This document shows positions 47,947 to 56,600 of a DNA stretch of 64,000 bases, piece after piece (the stretch's first letter is position 1; each line of letters opens with the position of its first letter). The stretch comes from Oscillospiraceae bacterium. Its GTDB lineage: Bacteria; Bacillota; Clostridia; Oscillospirales; Oscillospiraceae. Position numbers and translations under genes: made by a program. The DNA lies in assembly GCA_017458335.1 (NCBI GenBank), contig JAFTFT010000008.1, forward strand, positions 385 to 64,384, read 5' to 3'. The notes beneath the pieces are model-generated. The model was not told the DNA's origin. It was given only the letters and a program-made list of their open reading frames with translations, and did no database searches.

Positions 47947-48773
47947 TCGGCCTCTTTTCCGGCCTGATCCAGACAGGCCTGAATCATGTCACGGACCCGC
48001 TCGGCAAGCGCGTCGGTCCGATGGGCGGCGATGTCCTCGGCGGGGATCACGTCGAGAATTTCGAGACAGATCCTGTTGGAGGAAAAAGGATTGACCACCT
48101 GCGCCTTCTCGGAACCGCGCATACAGGCGACGACCACGGGGACTTTGGCACGCTGGGCGATCTTGAAGCTGCCGGCATGGAAGGGAAGCAGGGCTCCTGT
48201 CTTGCTGCGGGTGCCTTCCGGATAGATCCCGATGCAGCAGAGATCCCGCTTGAGATAGTCCGCCGCGGTCAGGATGGTTTTCAGGGCGTTGCGGTCGTTT
48301 TCCCGGTCGATGGCGAGAAAGCCGGCGCCGTACAGGGTCTTGCCGACAATCGGGATCGCCATGTTCTCGGGTTTGGAGATAAACGAGACGTTGAAATCCC
48401 GCAGCCTGTCCATCACGATCATCGGATCGAAGATCGAGCAGTGATTGCTCACAAAGAGGAAGCGGCCGTCCTTCGGCAGCTTCTCGACTCCCGTGACGAC
48501 AGGCCGGACGCCGCCGTAGAAACACAGGAGGGACGCCGTGGCATAGCAGGCAAAACGACAGAGCGGGTTTTGCTTCTCCAGAGGTTTGTCCATCGAAATG
48601 AAGCAGGAAACCAGCCCGAAGAAGAGAACATAGAGAACATGCAGCAGGAGAAAGCCAAGCAGTGCGGCCAGAAGCGAAAGACCCACACTCAGATGAAACA
48701 CCGTGAGCGACAGAGGGAAAACGCAAAGCAGGGAAACGGCCGCAAAAACCAGAAACAATGCCATCACAATCAC
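47943..48773 (-). CDS. plsC: 1-acyl-sn-glycerol-3-phosphate acyltransferase
   Basis: 276 aa with N-terminal TM helices. It has the acyltransferase motif I, FVSNHCSIFD (HxxxxD), and motif III, IYPEGTRS. Confidence 0.85.
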   Translation of the reverse strand: MIVMALFLVFAAVSLLCVFPLSLTVFHLSVGLSLLAALLGFLLLHVLYVLFFGLVSCFISMDKPLEKQNPLCRFACYATASLLCFYGGVRPVVTGVEKLPKDGRFLFVSNHCSIFDPMIVMDRLRDFNVSFISKPENMAIPIVGKTLYGAGFLAIDRENDRNALKTILTAADYLKRDLCCIGIYPEGTRSKTGALLPFHAGSFKIAQRAKVPVVVACMRGSEKAQVVNPFSSNRICLEILDVIPAEDIAAHRTDALAERVRDMIQACLDQAGKEAD

Positions 48774-48780
48774 CCGATTA

Positions 48781-49548
48781 TCAGTCTAATGTCAGATTCC
48801 AGATCAGTCCGTCCGGCAGGGGACGGTCGGCGCAGAGATAGGGATGCACGCTGCTGTCCAGACCGGGAATACGCTCCGCCGCCGACAGCGGCAGCAGCTC
48901 CGGCATGACCCAGCGGCCCCGGAAGCGATAGGCGCAGAAAATCATATCGTCAAGCGCATACAGACCCCCGCCGCAGGCCCTGCACAGAGAGACGGCAAAT
49001 TCCATGACGGAGGCGTTCGGCAGAACATGCGGCGTACCTTGCAGAAGCGCTTCCCGCCGAAGCAGATACTCCGACGCATCCAGCGGCCGCACCACGGGGA
49101 GCGTCTCACAGGAGAATACCCTGCGGGTGCTCTGATGCTTCAGGGACAGAATCTCGCCGTACCAGCGGTAGAGGGATTCTTCGGCGGGCAGGGTGCAGAT
49201 AAGCTCCGCCCCGCGGCCCCGGCCGAGCTCGGCCGCCCCGCGGCTGACCGCGGCGCCGATCCCGTGCCCGCGGGCATCCGGAAGTACGGCGACGGCGTAG
49301 AGATAGCCGCAGCGCAGAGGCGCCTCTCCCGGCTGAAGGAGGGTAAAGCCGTCGATCAGATAGGCCGCGCCGAGAATGCGGCCTTCCCGCTCCGCCACAC
49401 AGCCGCAGCCCATCCCGGGCAGAAGAGAGAGAAAGGCGTCGACCAGCTCCGGCGGGTCGCCGAAAACGTCGAACCAGAGCTGCCGGAGCTGCTCGGTATC
49501 CTGCGGCGCAGACTCGCGCAGCACGGCGCCATAAAGATCCTGCGGCAT
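48781..49548 (-). CDS. GNAT-family N-acetyltransferase
   Basis: The start was set at MPQDLYG, just after the upstream gene's stop. The acetyl-CoA-binding motif is AVLPDARGHGIGAAVSRGA. Confidence 0.7.
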   Translation of the reverse strand: MPQDLYGAVLRESAPQDTEQLRQLWFDVFGDPPELVDAFLSLLPGMGCGCVAEREGRILGAAYLIDGFTLLQPGEAPLRCGYLYAVAVLPDARGHGIGAAVSRGAAELGRGRGAELICTLPAEESLYRWYGEILSLKHQSTRRVFSCETLPVVRPLDASEYLLRREALLQGTPHVLPNASVMEFAVSLCRACGGGLYALDDMIFCAYRFRGRWVMPELLPLSAAERIPGLDSSVHPYLCADRPLPDGLIWNLTLD

Positions 49549-49549
49549 C

Positions 49550-50455
49550 TCAGCCGCTCCAGCGGGCCAGATATTTCTGAAGCAGAAACTCCGGCTTATA
49601 CGACAGCTTCGACTTTCGCAGAGACTCCAGACCCATGTCGTCCTCACGGTTGATGTAACGCAGATTGGGGTGGGCCTTCATCATACTGCGCGTCAGCTCC
49701 CGGCATACCATGGGGTAGGCACCGTTGATGTTGATCTCGGCCTTTTCAAAGTGCACGTCAAAGGTGTCGGGACTCGTCATCTCACCCAGGGAGAAGCCGA
49801 TGATCTTTCCGCTGCTGCGCAGTACGCCGCCTTCCAGGCCGAGCTTCTCAAAGGCCGCGAAGGCACGGATGATGGCGTCGTGCTCATAACTGATGCTGCT
49901 CTCCAGACGCTCGGAATTCTCCTCGGTCCAGACGTCCAGCATGTCCAGACAGCCCGGAATCAGTTCGCGGCTGAGCGGGACGAAGTCCCAGTCCTGTTCC
50001 GCCTCGAAGCGGTTGCAGTGGTTCTTTTTCCCATGGAGCGCCTTGCCGGAATAGGTGGAGAGCTTCTCGGCGGAATAGATGTAATCCGACAGCCGCTCTT
50101 CCAGGGTAAAGGTAAACCTGCCCGGAAAGGCGTCTTCCAGCTCCTGACAGTGCTGCTCGGTTACACCGCGCAGGAGAAGGGGATATCCCCTTTCGTCACA
50201 GAAGGCCTTGAGCGCCTCGACAGCGGGCTTCAGCGGGCCGGAACCGATAGGGAAGACGAAGGCGCGTTCCCCTTCGTAGCGCAGCTTGGTGATCATCCGG
50301 TCCTCGAAGCGACAGATCAGCTGTTTATAATACTTGTCCCAGATGTAGATGTTGCCGAAGTTGTAGTCGGCGCTGGGACTGTTCTCCGCCATGACGATGG
50401 GATCAACCCAGGCCTTGTCGCAGAGAGTGACGGTTTTAAACTGAAGAGATGACAT
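49550..50455 (-). CDS. DUF2156-domain protein (MprF C-terminal/aminoacyl-transferase-like GNAT fold)
   Basis: 301 aa. The segment SADYNFGNIYIWDKYY...GKKNHCNRF resembles the DUF2156 family pattern. Confidence 0.65.
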   Translation of the reverse strand: MSSLQFKTVTLCDKAWVDPIVMAENSPSADYNFGNIYIWDKYYKQLICRFEDRMITKLRYEGERAFVFPIGSGPLKPAVEALKAFCDERGYPLLLRGVTEQHCQELEDAFPGRFTFTLEERLSDYIYSAEKLSTYSGKALHGKKNHCNRFEAEQDWDFVPLSRELIPGCLDMLDVWTEENSERLESSISYEHDAIIRAFAAFEKLGLEGGVLRSSGKIIGFSLGEMTSPDTFDVHFEKAEININGAYPMVCRELTRSMMKAHPNLRYINREDDMGLESLRKSKLSYKPEFLLQKYLARWSG

Positions 50456-50458
50456 AAA

Positions 50459-51028
50459 TCAGTGCTGACGGGCGCTCAGCAGCGCCCGGTACTCCTTTCG
50501 AATTTCACGCAGATCCATGAATGCCTCCGGGCGGCGGGCCGGATCACGGAGCAGCGCGGAGGGATGGAAGGTCGCCAGAATGCGGCGGCCGTCCCTGTCA
50601 AACCACAGGCCGTGTTCGCGCGTGATACGGAAGTCCTCCCGAATCAGCGCCGTAGCCGAAATCCGGCCCAGGCAGACAATGAGCCGGGGATCGACCAGCG
50701 CGATCTGCCGGTCCAGCCAGCCGCGGCACGCGGCCATCTCGGGCCCCTGCGGATCGCGGTTATGGGGCGGCCGGCATTTCACCATGTTCGCAATATAAAC
50801 CAGGCTCCGGTCGAGGTCGATCATCTCCAGCATCGAGTCAAGGAGCTTTCCCGCGGGACCGACAAAGGGGACACCCTGGAGGTCTTCCTGCTCGCCGGGG
50901 CCTTCGCCGATGAACATGAGATCGGCATGCTCATTCCCGACGCCGAAGACAAGATTGTGCCGTCCCTCACAGAGCGGGCAGGCCCGGCAGGAAGCGCATT
51001 CGGTTTTCAGAACGTCCCAGCTGTCCAT
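50459..51028 (-). CDS. Family 4 uracil-DNA glycosylase
   Basis: The start was set at MDSWDVLKTECASCRACPLC. It has the Fe-S cysteines plus the GEGPGEQEDLQGVPFVGPAGKLL motif. Confidence 0.88.
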   Translation of the reverse strand: MDSWDVLKTECASCRACPLCEGRHNLVFGVGNEHADLMFIGEGPGEQEDLQGVPFVGPAGKLLDSMLEMIDLDRSLVYIANMVKCRPPHNRDPQGPEMAACRGWLDRQIALVDPRLIVCLGRISATALIREDFRITREHGLWFDRDGRRILATFHPSALLRDPARRPEAFMDLREIRKEYRALLSARQH

Positions 51029-51056
51029 ATCAGATGCCCTCCCCGCATAAAAAAGC

Positions 51057-51085
51057 TTGCAATCACACCTGTGCTGGTTTATAAT
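51057..51085 (+). promoter_or_regulatory. Sigma-A-type promoter for murC
   Basis: TTGCAA (51057-51062), a 17-nt spacer, then TATAAT (51080-51085). Confidence 0.5.
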
Positions 51086-51165
51086 ACGAAAGCTTGTGCA
51101 GACGAAAGTTATTTTATCATCTGCACGAAAGAAACTCAACAGTATTTTGTTAACGGAGTAGATTC

Positions 51166-52539
51166 ATGGCAGAGTTTTCCAATTACATGTCCCCCGGACG
51201 GAAGGGGTATCTGATCGGAATCGGCGGCGTTTCCATGTCCTCGCTGGCAGAGGTTCTGCTCGGGATGGGCATCAATGTCTGCGGTTCCGATTCCAACCGC
51301 AGCCGCAATGTGGTGGCGCTGGAAGCCAAGGGCATCCACATCGAGATCGGCCACCGGGCGGAGAACATTCCGCAGGATACGGATTTTGTCGTACGGACAG
51401 CGGCCGTTCGGGATGAAAACCCCGAGATCGTCCAGGCGAGAGCCATGAATATTCCGGTCTTTGAGCGGACGGAGGCCTGGGGCGCAATCTCCCGCGACTA
51501 CGGAAACGCGCTCTGCATCTCCGGTACCCACGGAAAGACCACCACGACCTCGATGTGCACGCATATCCTGATGGCGGCGGACAAGGATCCCACCGTCATG
51601 ATCGGCGGAACGCTTCCGCTGCTGAACGCGGGGCACCGCGTCGGACACGGAAACGTCATCGTCATGGAGGCCTGCGAGTACTATAACTCCTTCCTGTCCT
51701 TCCACCCGACCATCGCCGTGATCCTGAACATCGAAGCGGATCACCTGGACTTCTTCAAGGATCTCTACGATGTGGAGAAGAGCTTCCGCGCGTTTGCCTC
51801 CCGCGTGCCGCAGGACGGCTATGTGGTGGCAAACTATGACGACCTCAACACGATGCAGACGCTGATGAATCTGGACCGGAAGATGATCACCTTCGGCCTG
51901 AACGAAAAGGCGGATGTCCATGCGGAGAACATTGAATACATCGGTGCCAACTCCCACTTCGACATTATCTATAAGGGACGGCGCTTCACGGACGTGACGC
52001 TGCATGTGCCCGGGGAGCATAACATCAAGAACGCTCTGGCCGCCACGGCGGCCGCGATCTGCCTCGGCATCCGTCCCTATGCGGTGAAGTACGGCCTGGC
52101 GGGCTTCAACGGCGCGGGACGCCGCTTTGAGTTCAAGGGCAAGTTCAACGGCACCGACGTCTATGACGACTATGCCCATCATCCGGGTGAACTCAAGTGC
52201 CTGCTTGACACCGTGGAGACCCTGAACTACAAACGGACCGTCCTGGTCTTCCAGCCGCATACCTATTCCCGAACGGCAGCCCTGTTCAAAGACTTCGTAC
52301 AGCAGCTGAAGCGGCCGGACGTCCTGTATCTGGCGGAGATCTTCGCGGCCAGAGAACAGAACACCATCGGCATCTCCTCCGCGGCACTCGCAAACCAGAT
52401 CGAAGGCGCCCGCTTCTTCCCGTCCTTTGAGGAACTGGAAAAGTCCCTGCGCGAGACGGCGGAACCCGGCGACATCATCCTGACGGTCGGAGCGGGCGAC
52501 GTGTACAAAATCGGCGAGCACCTGGTGGAAGAGGCATAA
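51166..52539 (+). CDS. murC: UDP-N-acetylmuramate--L-alanine ligase
   Basis: 457 aa. It carries GIGGVSMSSLAEVLLGMGINVCGSD, GTHGKTTTTSM and DDYAHHP. Confidence 0.95.
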   Translation: MAEFSNYMSPGRKGYLIGIGGVSMSSLAEVLLGMGINVCGSDSNRSRNVVALEAKGIHIEIGHRAENIPQDTDFVVRTAAVRDENPEIVQARAMNIPVFERTEAWGAISRDYGNALCISGTHGKTTTTSMCTHILMAADKDPTVMIGGTLPLLNAGHRVGHGNVIVMEACEYYNSFLSFHPTIAVILNIEADHLDFFKDLYDVEKSFRAFASRVPQDGYVVANYDDLNTMQTLMNLDRKMITFGLNEKADVHAENIEYIGANSHFDIIYKGRRFTDVTLHVPGEHNIKNALAATAAAICLGIRPYAVKYGLAGFNGAGRRFEFKGKFNGTDVYDDYAHHPGELKCLLDTVETLNYKRTVLVFQPHTYSRTAALFKDFVQQLKRPDVLYLAEIFAAREQNTIGISSAALANQIEGARFFPSFEELEKSLRETAEPGDIILTVGAGDVYKIGEHLVEEA

Positions 52540-52541
52540 AA

Positions 52542-52586
52542 CGAAACACGGATTGTCATCCGTGTTTCGGGGCTTGATTTTTTCAG
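52542..52586 (+). terminator. Hairpin terminator after murC
   Basis: CGAAACACGGAT-TGTC-ATCCGTGTTTCG, followed 10 nt later by TTTTTT. Confidence 0.55.
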
Positions 52587-52614
52587 GGCTTTCCGATATA
52601 ATAGCACAGCAAAC

Positions 52615-52705
52615 GGAGAGATACCCAAGTGGTCGAAGGGTCCGCACTCGAAATGCGGTAGCCAGTGCAAGCTGGGCAAGGGTTCGAATCCCTTTCTCTC
52701 CGCCA
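52615..52705 (+). tRNA. tRNA-Ser (anticodon CGA), with encoded CCA
   Basis: A manual cloverleaf fits. The acceptor stem is GGAGAGA/TCTCTCC. The anticodon stem is CCGCA/TGCGG with loop CTCGAAA. There is a long variable arm (GCCAG..CTGGC). The T-arm is AAGGG-TTCGAAT-CCCTT, followed by G-CCA. Confidence 0.9.
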
Positions 52706-52991
52706 AATGAACAGCTTGAAATTGTTATGATTTCAGGCTGTTTTCTTTTTAATCTTCCATATATTGACTTGAATTGTACTGCTGAAAGATGACGGGAAAA
52801 CGTTTTCCCACTAAATTTCCCACTACCAGCAAAAACCGCCCGCTTTTGGGCTGCTTTTTTAGCTTGTGAGACTCCCGTTCTGTAGTCCATTAAGCGTATT
52901 CTTCTTTGACAAATCTGAAGTATGACTTTAGATTTGCCAACTGAAATCAAATGATCCAGTAAAATCCGGAGTGCATCGTCATTCTCCCGGC

Positions 52992-53666
52992 TCAGTCAAA
53001 GGGCGTGGGGAGGAAGGTGTAAGTCTCGGGCGGGGCCTTTTCCGTCGGCGGCGCTTTCTCAAAATGCAGGTCCGTCACGGCCCGGTACGCGATTTCATCC
53101 GGTTTCGCGTCCGGGCTGATCCATTCGTCCACGTCCTTTTCCCGCAGCATCAGCGGCATCCGGTCGTGGATGAAGGAGATCTCCTCGCTGGGCGGCCGGG
53201 TGAGCACGACGAAGTGCGGGAGACCGTCTTCAAAACGGTACAGCCCGCAGAGCCAGGTGACACGGTCGCCCTTCGGCTGGATCAGGTACTTGTCTCCGGT
53301 TTCCTTCCTGCCGTTCGGCCGGATGAAGTGTTCCCATTCATAGTACCAGGAGGCGGGGATCACACAGTGGTGCGATTTCCATGCGCCCTGAAAAAGCGGC
53401 TTTACCCCCGCGGTCTCCAGGCGTGCGTTCGGGAGCAGACGGCGGCCCTCCATGTTGAAACCCCACTGCATCGGAAAGCAGGCCTTGTTGCCCCGCCTGC
53501 TGACGGCGATCACCGGCGCGATGTCCGCCGGACGGATTTCACCCCGGTACTCAAGGGGCCTCGCGACATTCCGGAGAAACTGTTCCCGGATTTTTGTCCG
53601 CGCCGCGATGTCCGCGTACTGCCGCAGCATCTCATCCCGCGGCTCTATATAATATCTGCAGCACAT
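52992..53666 (-). CDS. SOS-response-associated peptidase (SRAP/YedK family, abasic-site crosslinking protein)
   Basis: 224 aa. The N-terminus is MCCRYY, giving the catalytic Cys2, and WGF and WYYEW family motifs are present. Confidence 0.88.
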   Translation of the reverse strand: MCCRYYIEPRDEMLRQYADIAARTKIREQFLRNVARPLEYRGEIRPADIAPVIAVSRRGNKACFPMQWGFNMEGRRLLPNARLETAGVKPLFQGAWKSHHCVIPASWYYEWEHFIRPNGRKETGDKYLIQPKGDRVTWLCGLYRFEDGLPHFVVLTRPPSEEISFIHDRMPLMLREKDVDEWISPDAKPDEIAYRAVTDLHFEKAPPTEKAPPETYTFLPTPFD

Positions 53667-53682
53667 GGCTCAAAACACTTCC

Positions 53683-54525
53683 TCATTCGTGCAACAGCAG
53701 GAACCTCTCCACATCGCTCTGGCTCGCGATGCTTTCGGGATCCAGCACCGTCAGCACCTTCCCGATCAGATAGACGGCCTGGTCCGCGTCAAACTTCAGC
53801 ACGTCGTACTTCTTGTTCAGCGAGTGCAGCCCGTCCGCGCGGTATTCCTTGATGTACATCTCATTCCCGACGATAAAGGCGCCGATCTCACCCTCCTGGA
53901 GGGTCAGGCCGCTGGGGACGCGCTCCACCAGCACCAGATCCCCGCTGCGGTAGTCCGGCTCCATGCTGTCGCCGTTGACGCGGAAGACATAATCCGCCCG
54001 GCGGTATTCATCCGTCTCATACAGATAGATTTCTTCGCTGAGTCCCTCAAACTCCGTCGGGTCGCCGATGCCGGCGGCCAGCGGCTTCTCGAAGTAGGGG
54101 AGCCGGATCAGCTTCGGGGAGTTCTCCGCTTCTCTCATCACCAGCATGCTGTCCATCATGTTGTCCACCAGGTACCGGTCCCGCCCGGCCAGCTTCCGAT
54201 ACTTGTCCATGTGCAGCCGCTCATGCTCGCTGTAGACCGCGGGGTTATGCATGCCCATCAGTTCAAAGGGGGTAATCTCCAGCACGCGGCAGAGCTCCGG
54301 CAGGAGGGAGACATCCGGCCGGCTGCGGCCGCACTCCCAGTTGCTGACGGAGTTTGGCGTGATGTTCAGCTGCCGGGCGAGTTCCTTCTGTTCGATCTTC
54401 CGGAGCGTCCGGTAATACCGCACACGCTCACAGATGGTCGGCAGAGGCGCCTCGTCCGCCGGTTTTCCGGTATGAATATCGATGACCCTGGCTTTTTCCG
54501 ATTCAAATGCTCTTCTGCCCATCAT
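53683..54525 (-). CDS. Phage-repressor-like regulator: XRE HTH plus a C-terminal S24 (LexA/CI-type) autopeptidase
   Basis: The start was set at MMGRRAFES, with an AAGGAG RBS. The HTH region is RTLRKIEQKELARQLNITPNSVSNWECGRSRP. The S24 domain has GDSMEP (Ser nucleophile) and a downstream Lys (YIKEY). Confidence 0.85.
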   Translation of the reverse strand: MMGRRAFESEKARVIDIHTGKPADEAPLPTICERVRYYRTLRKIEQKELARQLNITPNSVSNWECGRSRPDVSLLPELCRVLEITPFELMGMHNPAVYSEHERLHMDKYRKLAGRDRYLVDNMMDSMLVMREAENSPKLIRLPYFEKPLAAGIGDPTEFEGLSEEIYLYETDEYRRADYVFRVNGDSMEPDYRSGDLVLVERVPSGLTLQEGEIGAFIVGNEMYIKEYRADGLHSLNKKYDVLKFDADQAVYLIGKVLTVLDPESIASQSDVERFLLLHE

Positions 54526-54564
54526 TCTGTCTCCTTTTCGTATCGTGATTTGTCCGTTGCTCAA

Positions 54565-54635
54565 AGTGTAACACAATAACTTGCAAAAATCAAGAAGAAT
54601 TTCCGCTTTACAAACGCAAAATAATGTGTTACAAT
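54565..54635. promoter_or_regulatory. Divergent promoter pair with an inverted 13-nt operator-like motif overlapping both -10 boxes
   Basis: Plus strand: TTTACA (54607-54612), 17 nt, TACAAT (54630-54635). Minus strand: TTGATT (54593-54588), 17 nt, TACACT (54570-54565). The motif A(A/T)TGTGTTACA(A/C)T occurs at 54623-54635 (+) and 54577-54565 (-). Confidence 0.55.
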
Positions 54636-54676
54636 CCGCTTACAAGATCTGAGACGGGACGGAAGGGGACTTTGAG

Positions 54677-55408
54677 ATGCATTATATGACGAGGTCGGAT
54701 CTGGCCCGGGCGGCGCAGCCTGTTCTCGGGGAATACCGGAAGCTGCCGCGGGCCCAGGAACATCCCTGGTGTGTGGATCCCGCCCTTCTGGCGCGTGAGG
54801 TTCTGGGGCTGACGGTCCGCTACCGCCACCTCTCCGAGGATGGGGAACTTCTCGGCCTCACCAGCTACGGCGAGACGGAGGTCTTCCTGCCGGATGAGCG
54901 GGAGCACGGCGCCTGTGTCCTGGATGGGAAGACGGTTCTGATTGAAGAGGATCTGCTGTTCTCACCCTGCGGTCCGGGACGGCATCATTTCACGCTCGCG
55001 CATGAATGCTCACACCAGATCCTGAAGACGCTGTATCCGGCAAGTACCTGTGACGGCGCTGCCGCCCGGCGGGCGCTCTGCTGTCGGCGGCACAGACTGC
55101 GTGCCCGCGGGAGCGGATATGACTGGGAGGAGTGGCAGACGGACGTCCTGGCGTCAGAGCTCCTGATGCCGGAGGATCTTGTCCGGCGCAATCTCGCCCT
55201 TGCCGGGATTCCGCAGGGAATCGAGGTTCTGAACCCTGTCTGGAGAAGGACGGAATTCGCCGGGTTTCTGAGGGTGTGCGAGCGAATGGGCGTCTCGAAA
55301 CAGGCGCTGGCGTACCGGCTGGAGCTGCTTGGGCTTCTGGGACGGAATCAGCTGTACAGCCCCAATGCGATCATTGATATATGGATGGATGAGGAGGAAG
55401 CGGGATGA
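54677..55408 (+). CDS. ImmA/IrrE-family zinc metalloprotease (anti-repressor type)
   Basis: 243 aa with the HEXXH motif within FTLAHECSHQIL. It is divergent from the XRE-S24 repressor. Confidence 0.8.
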   Translation: MHYMTRSDLARAAQPVLGEYRKLPRAQEHPWCVDPALLAREVLGLTVRYRHLSEDGELLGLTSYGETEVFLPDEREHGACVLDGKTVLIEEDLLFSPCGPGRHHFTLAHECSHQILKTLYPASTCDGAAARRALCCRRHRLRARGSGYDWEEWQTDVLASELLMPEDLVRRNLALAGIPQGIEVLNPVWRRTEFAGFLRVCERMGVSKQALAYRLELLGLLGRNQLYSPNAIIDIWMDEEEAG

Positions 55409-55596
55409 AGGAAAAGATGATCCGGGTGGCGAAGCGCTGCCCGCACTGCGGACAGAGGCTTTTTGACAAGATCAGCCTGACCACCGGTTTTGTGGAGATC
55501 AAGTGTCCGGTGTGCAGGCATACCATACGCGTGAATCTGTCGACACGCCGGCCACGGCCCGCGATATGGCCCCGGACCCGCGCCGGAGATCAGTAA
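55405..55596 (+). CDS. Com-like (phage Mu Com-type) zinc-ribbon protein
   Basis: 63 aa, overlapping the ImmA stop (ATGA). KRCPHCGQRLFDK...VEIKCPVCRHTIRV matches the Com pattern CxxC..LF...IEIKCPRC. Confidence 0.6.
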   Translation: MKEKMIRVAKRCPHCGQRLFDKISLTTGFVEIKCPVCRHTIRVNLSTRRPRPAIWPRTRAGDQ

Positions 55597-55729
55597 GACT
55601 ATATTATGTAAACCGATAATCCCACTGCGTATCTGAAAACTGAATCGGTCTGAAAGAGGGCTCTTCCGAACCTCCTTTACAGGCGTACCGTGCAACGGGT
55701 CGACGGCTTCCGCCGTCGTCACCAAATGG

Positions 55730-55803
55730 CCGGACACTCTGAATCCGGGAAACTTCTGAACGTTTCAGAAATTTCCCCGGATTCCTGTGTCCGGTCTTTT
55801 TTT
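55730..55803 (+). terminator. Long imperfect hairpin terminator after the ImmA/Com operon
   Basis: CCGGACACTCTGAATCCGGGAAACTTCTGAA-CG-TTTCAGAAATTTCCCCGGATTCCTGTGTCCGG, then TCTTTTTTT. Confidence 0.6.
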
Positions 55804-55829
55804 ATTGCCCGAAACGGGCGGAAACAGAT

Positions 55830-55858
55830 TGAACCGTTGCAGATTCTGCAACGGTTCA
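55830..55858 (+). promoter_or_regulatory. Perfect 13-3-13 palindrome upstream of the HTH gene (operator candidate)
   Basis: TGAACCGTTGCAG-ATT-CTGCAACGGTTCA. There is no trailing T-run, and it lies about 35 nt before the RBS GGAAGGAGG. Confidence 0.5.
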
Positions 55859-55894
55859 GCCATAGAGTAAAGCCGAAAAAGGCGGAAGGAGGTG

Positions 55895-56233
55895 ATGGAA
55901 GTGACGAAATCGGACCGCCAGCGCAGACTTCTGGAAATCATCAGCGCACGCAGATTTGAGACGATCCCGAACCTGGCATACGAACTCGGCGTCAGCCGGT
56001 ATACGATCATGCGCGATCTGGATGAAGTCACTTCCATCGCGTCTTTCTATACGGTGCCGGGCCGCTACGGCGGAGGCGTCTATGCGGTCGACGGATGGTA
56101 CTATTCCAGAACATATCTGACCGCGGATCAGGAAGCCCTGCTTCGCACCCTCCTACCCGGACTTCCGCCGGAGGATCGGAAAACAATGCAGGGGATCCTG
56201 AACACCTTCGCAAAACCCATGTCGCGGGGATGA
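55895..56233 (+). CDS. Small HTH (DeoR/HTH_11-type) DNA-binding protein
   Basis: About 112 aa. The HTH region is RQRRLLEIISARRFETIPNLAYELGVSRYTIMRDLDEV. The exact start is ambiguous: GTG 55892, ATG 55895 or GTG 55901, relative to the AGGAGG at 55887-55892. Confidence 0.7.
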   Translation: MEVTKSDRQRRLLEIISARRFETIPNLAYELGVSRYTIMRDLDEVTSIASFYTVPGRYGGGVYAVDGWYYSRTYLTADQEALLRTLLPGLPPEDRKTMQGILNTFAKPMSRG

Positions 56234-56600
56234 ATCAGCGGAAATCATAACGATGGTGAGACCATGACAACCCAAAAGATTGATGTTCATAAGCTGAATT
56301 CCGCATCGATGACCGTGTCCGGCCGCGTAAAACGGAGAGTTCGCAACTTTTTTTCCGGGATCTCCTGCAAAAAATGTGGTACATTACACTTGCCGAAAGG
56401 AAAAGCACACACAGCAATTTCCTCCCGCACCATCGCAAAGTCCCAAGTCCGGCCATGGAAACCCGGCATGTGCTTCGTTCGGCAGCCGTATGAAAAAGCA
56501 CGTACAGCAATGATTCATTATCCTTTTCAGATAACACAATGTGCTTTGTTTACGGCATTCATTGATCCGCATGAAGGAAAGAAGAAAGGAGCTGATTTTC

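Noticed and set aside
51136-52950. A 604-aa minus-strand ORF spanning murC, the terminator and tRNA-Ser, checked as a possible integrase remnant next to the tRNA
   Set aside because: It is antisense to murC for most of its length and runs straight through the tRNA gene. The part in 52706-52950 shows no tyrosine- or serine-recombinase motifs. I could not identify any integrase fragment in the AT-rich junction.
55690-55959. An 89-aa ORF covering the long hairpin and the palindrome
   Set aside because: It has a GTG start without an RBS and reads through two strong secondary-structure elements into the HTH gene's RBS. It is more plausibly non-coding.
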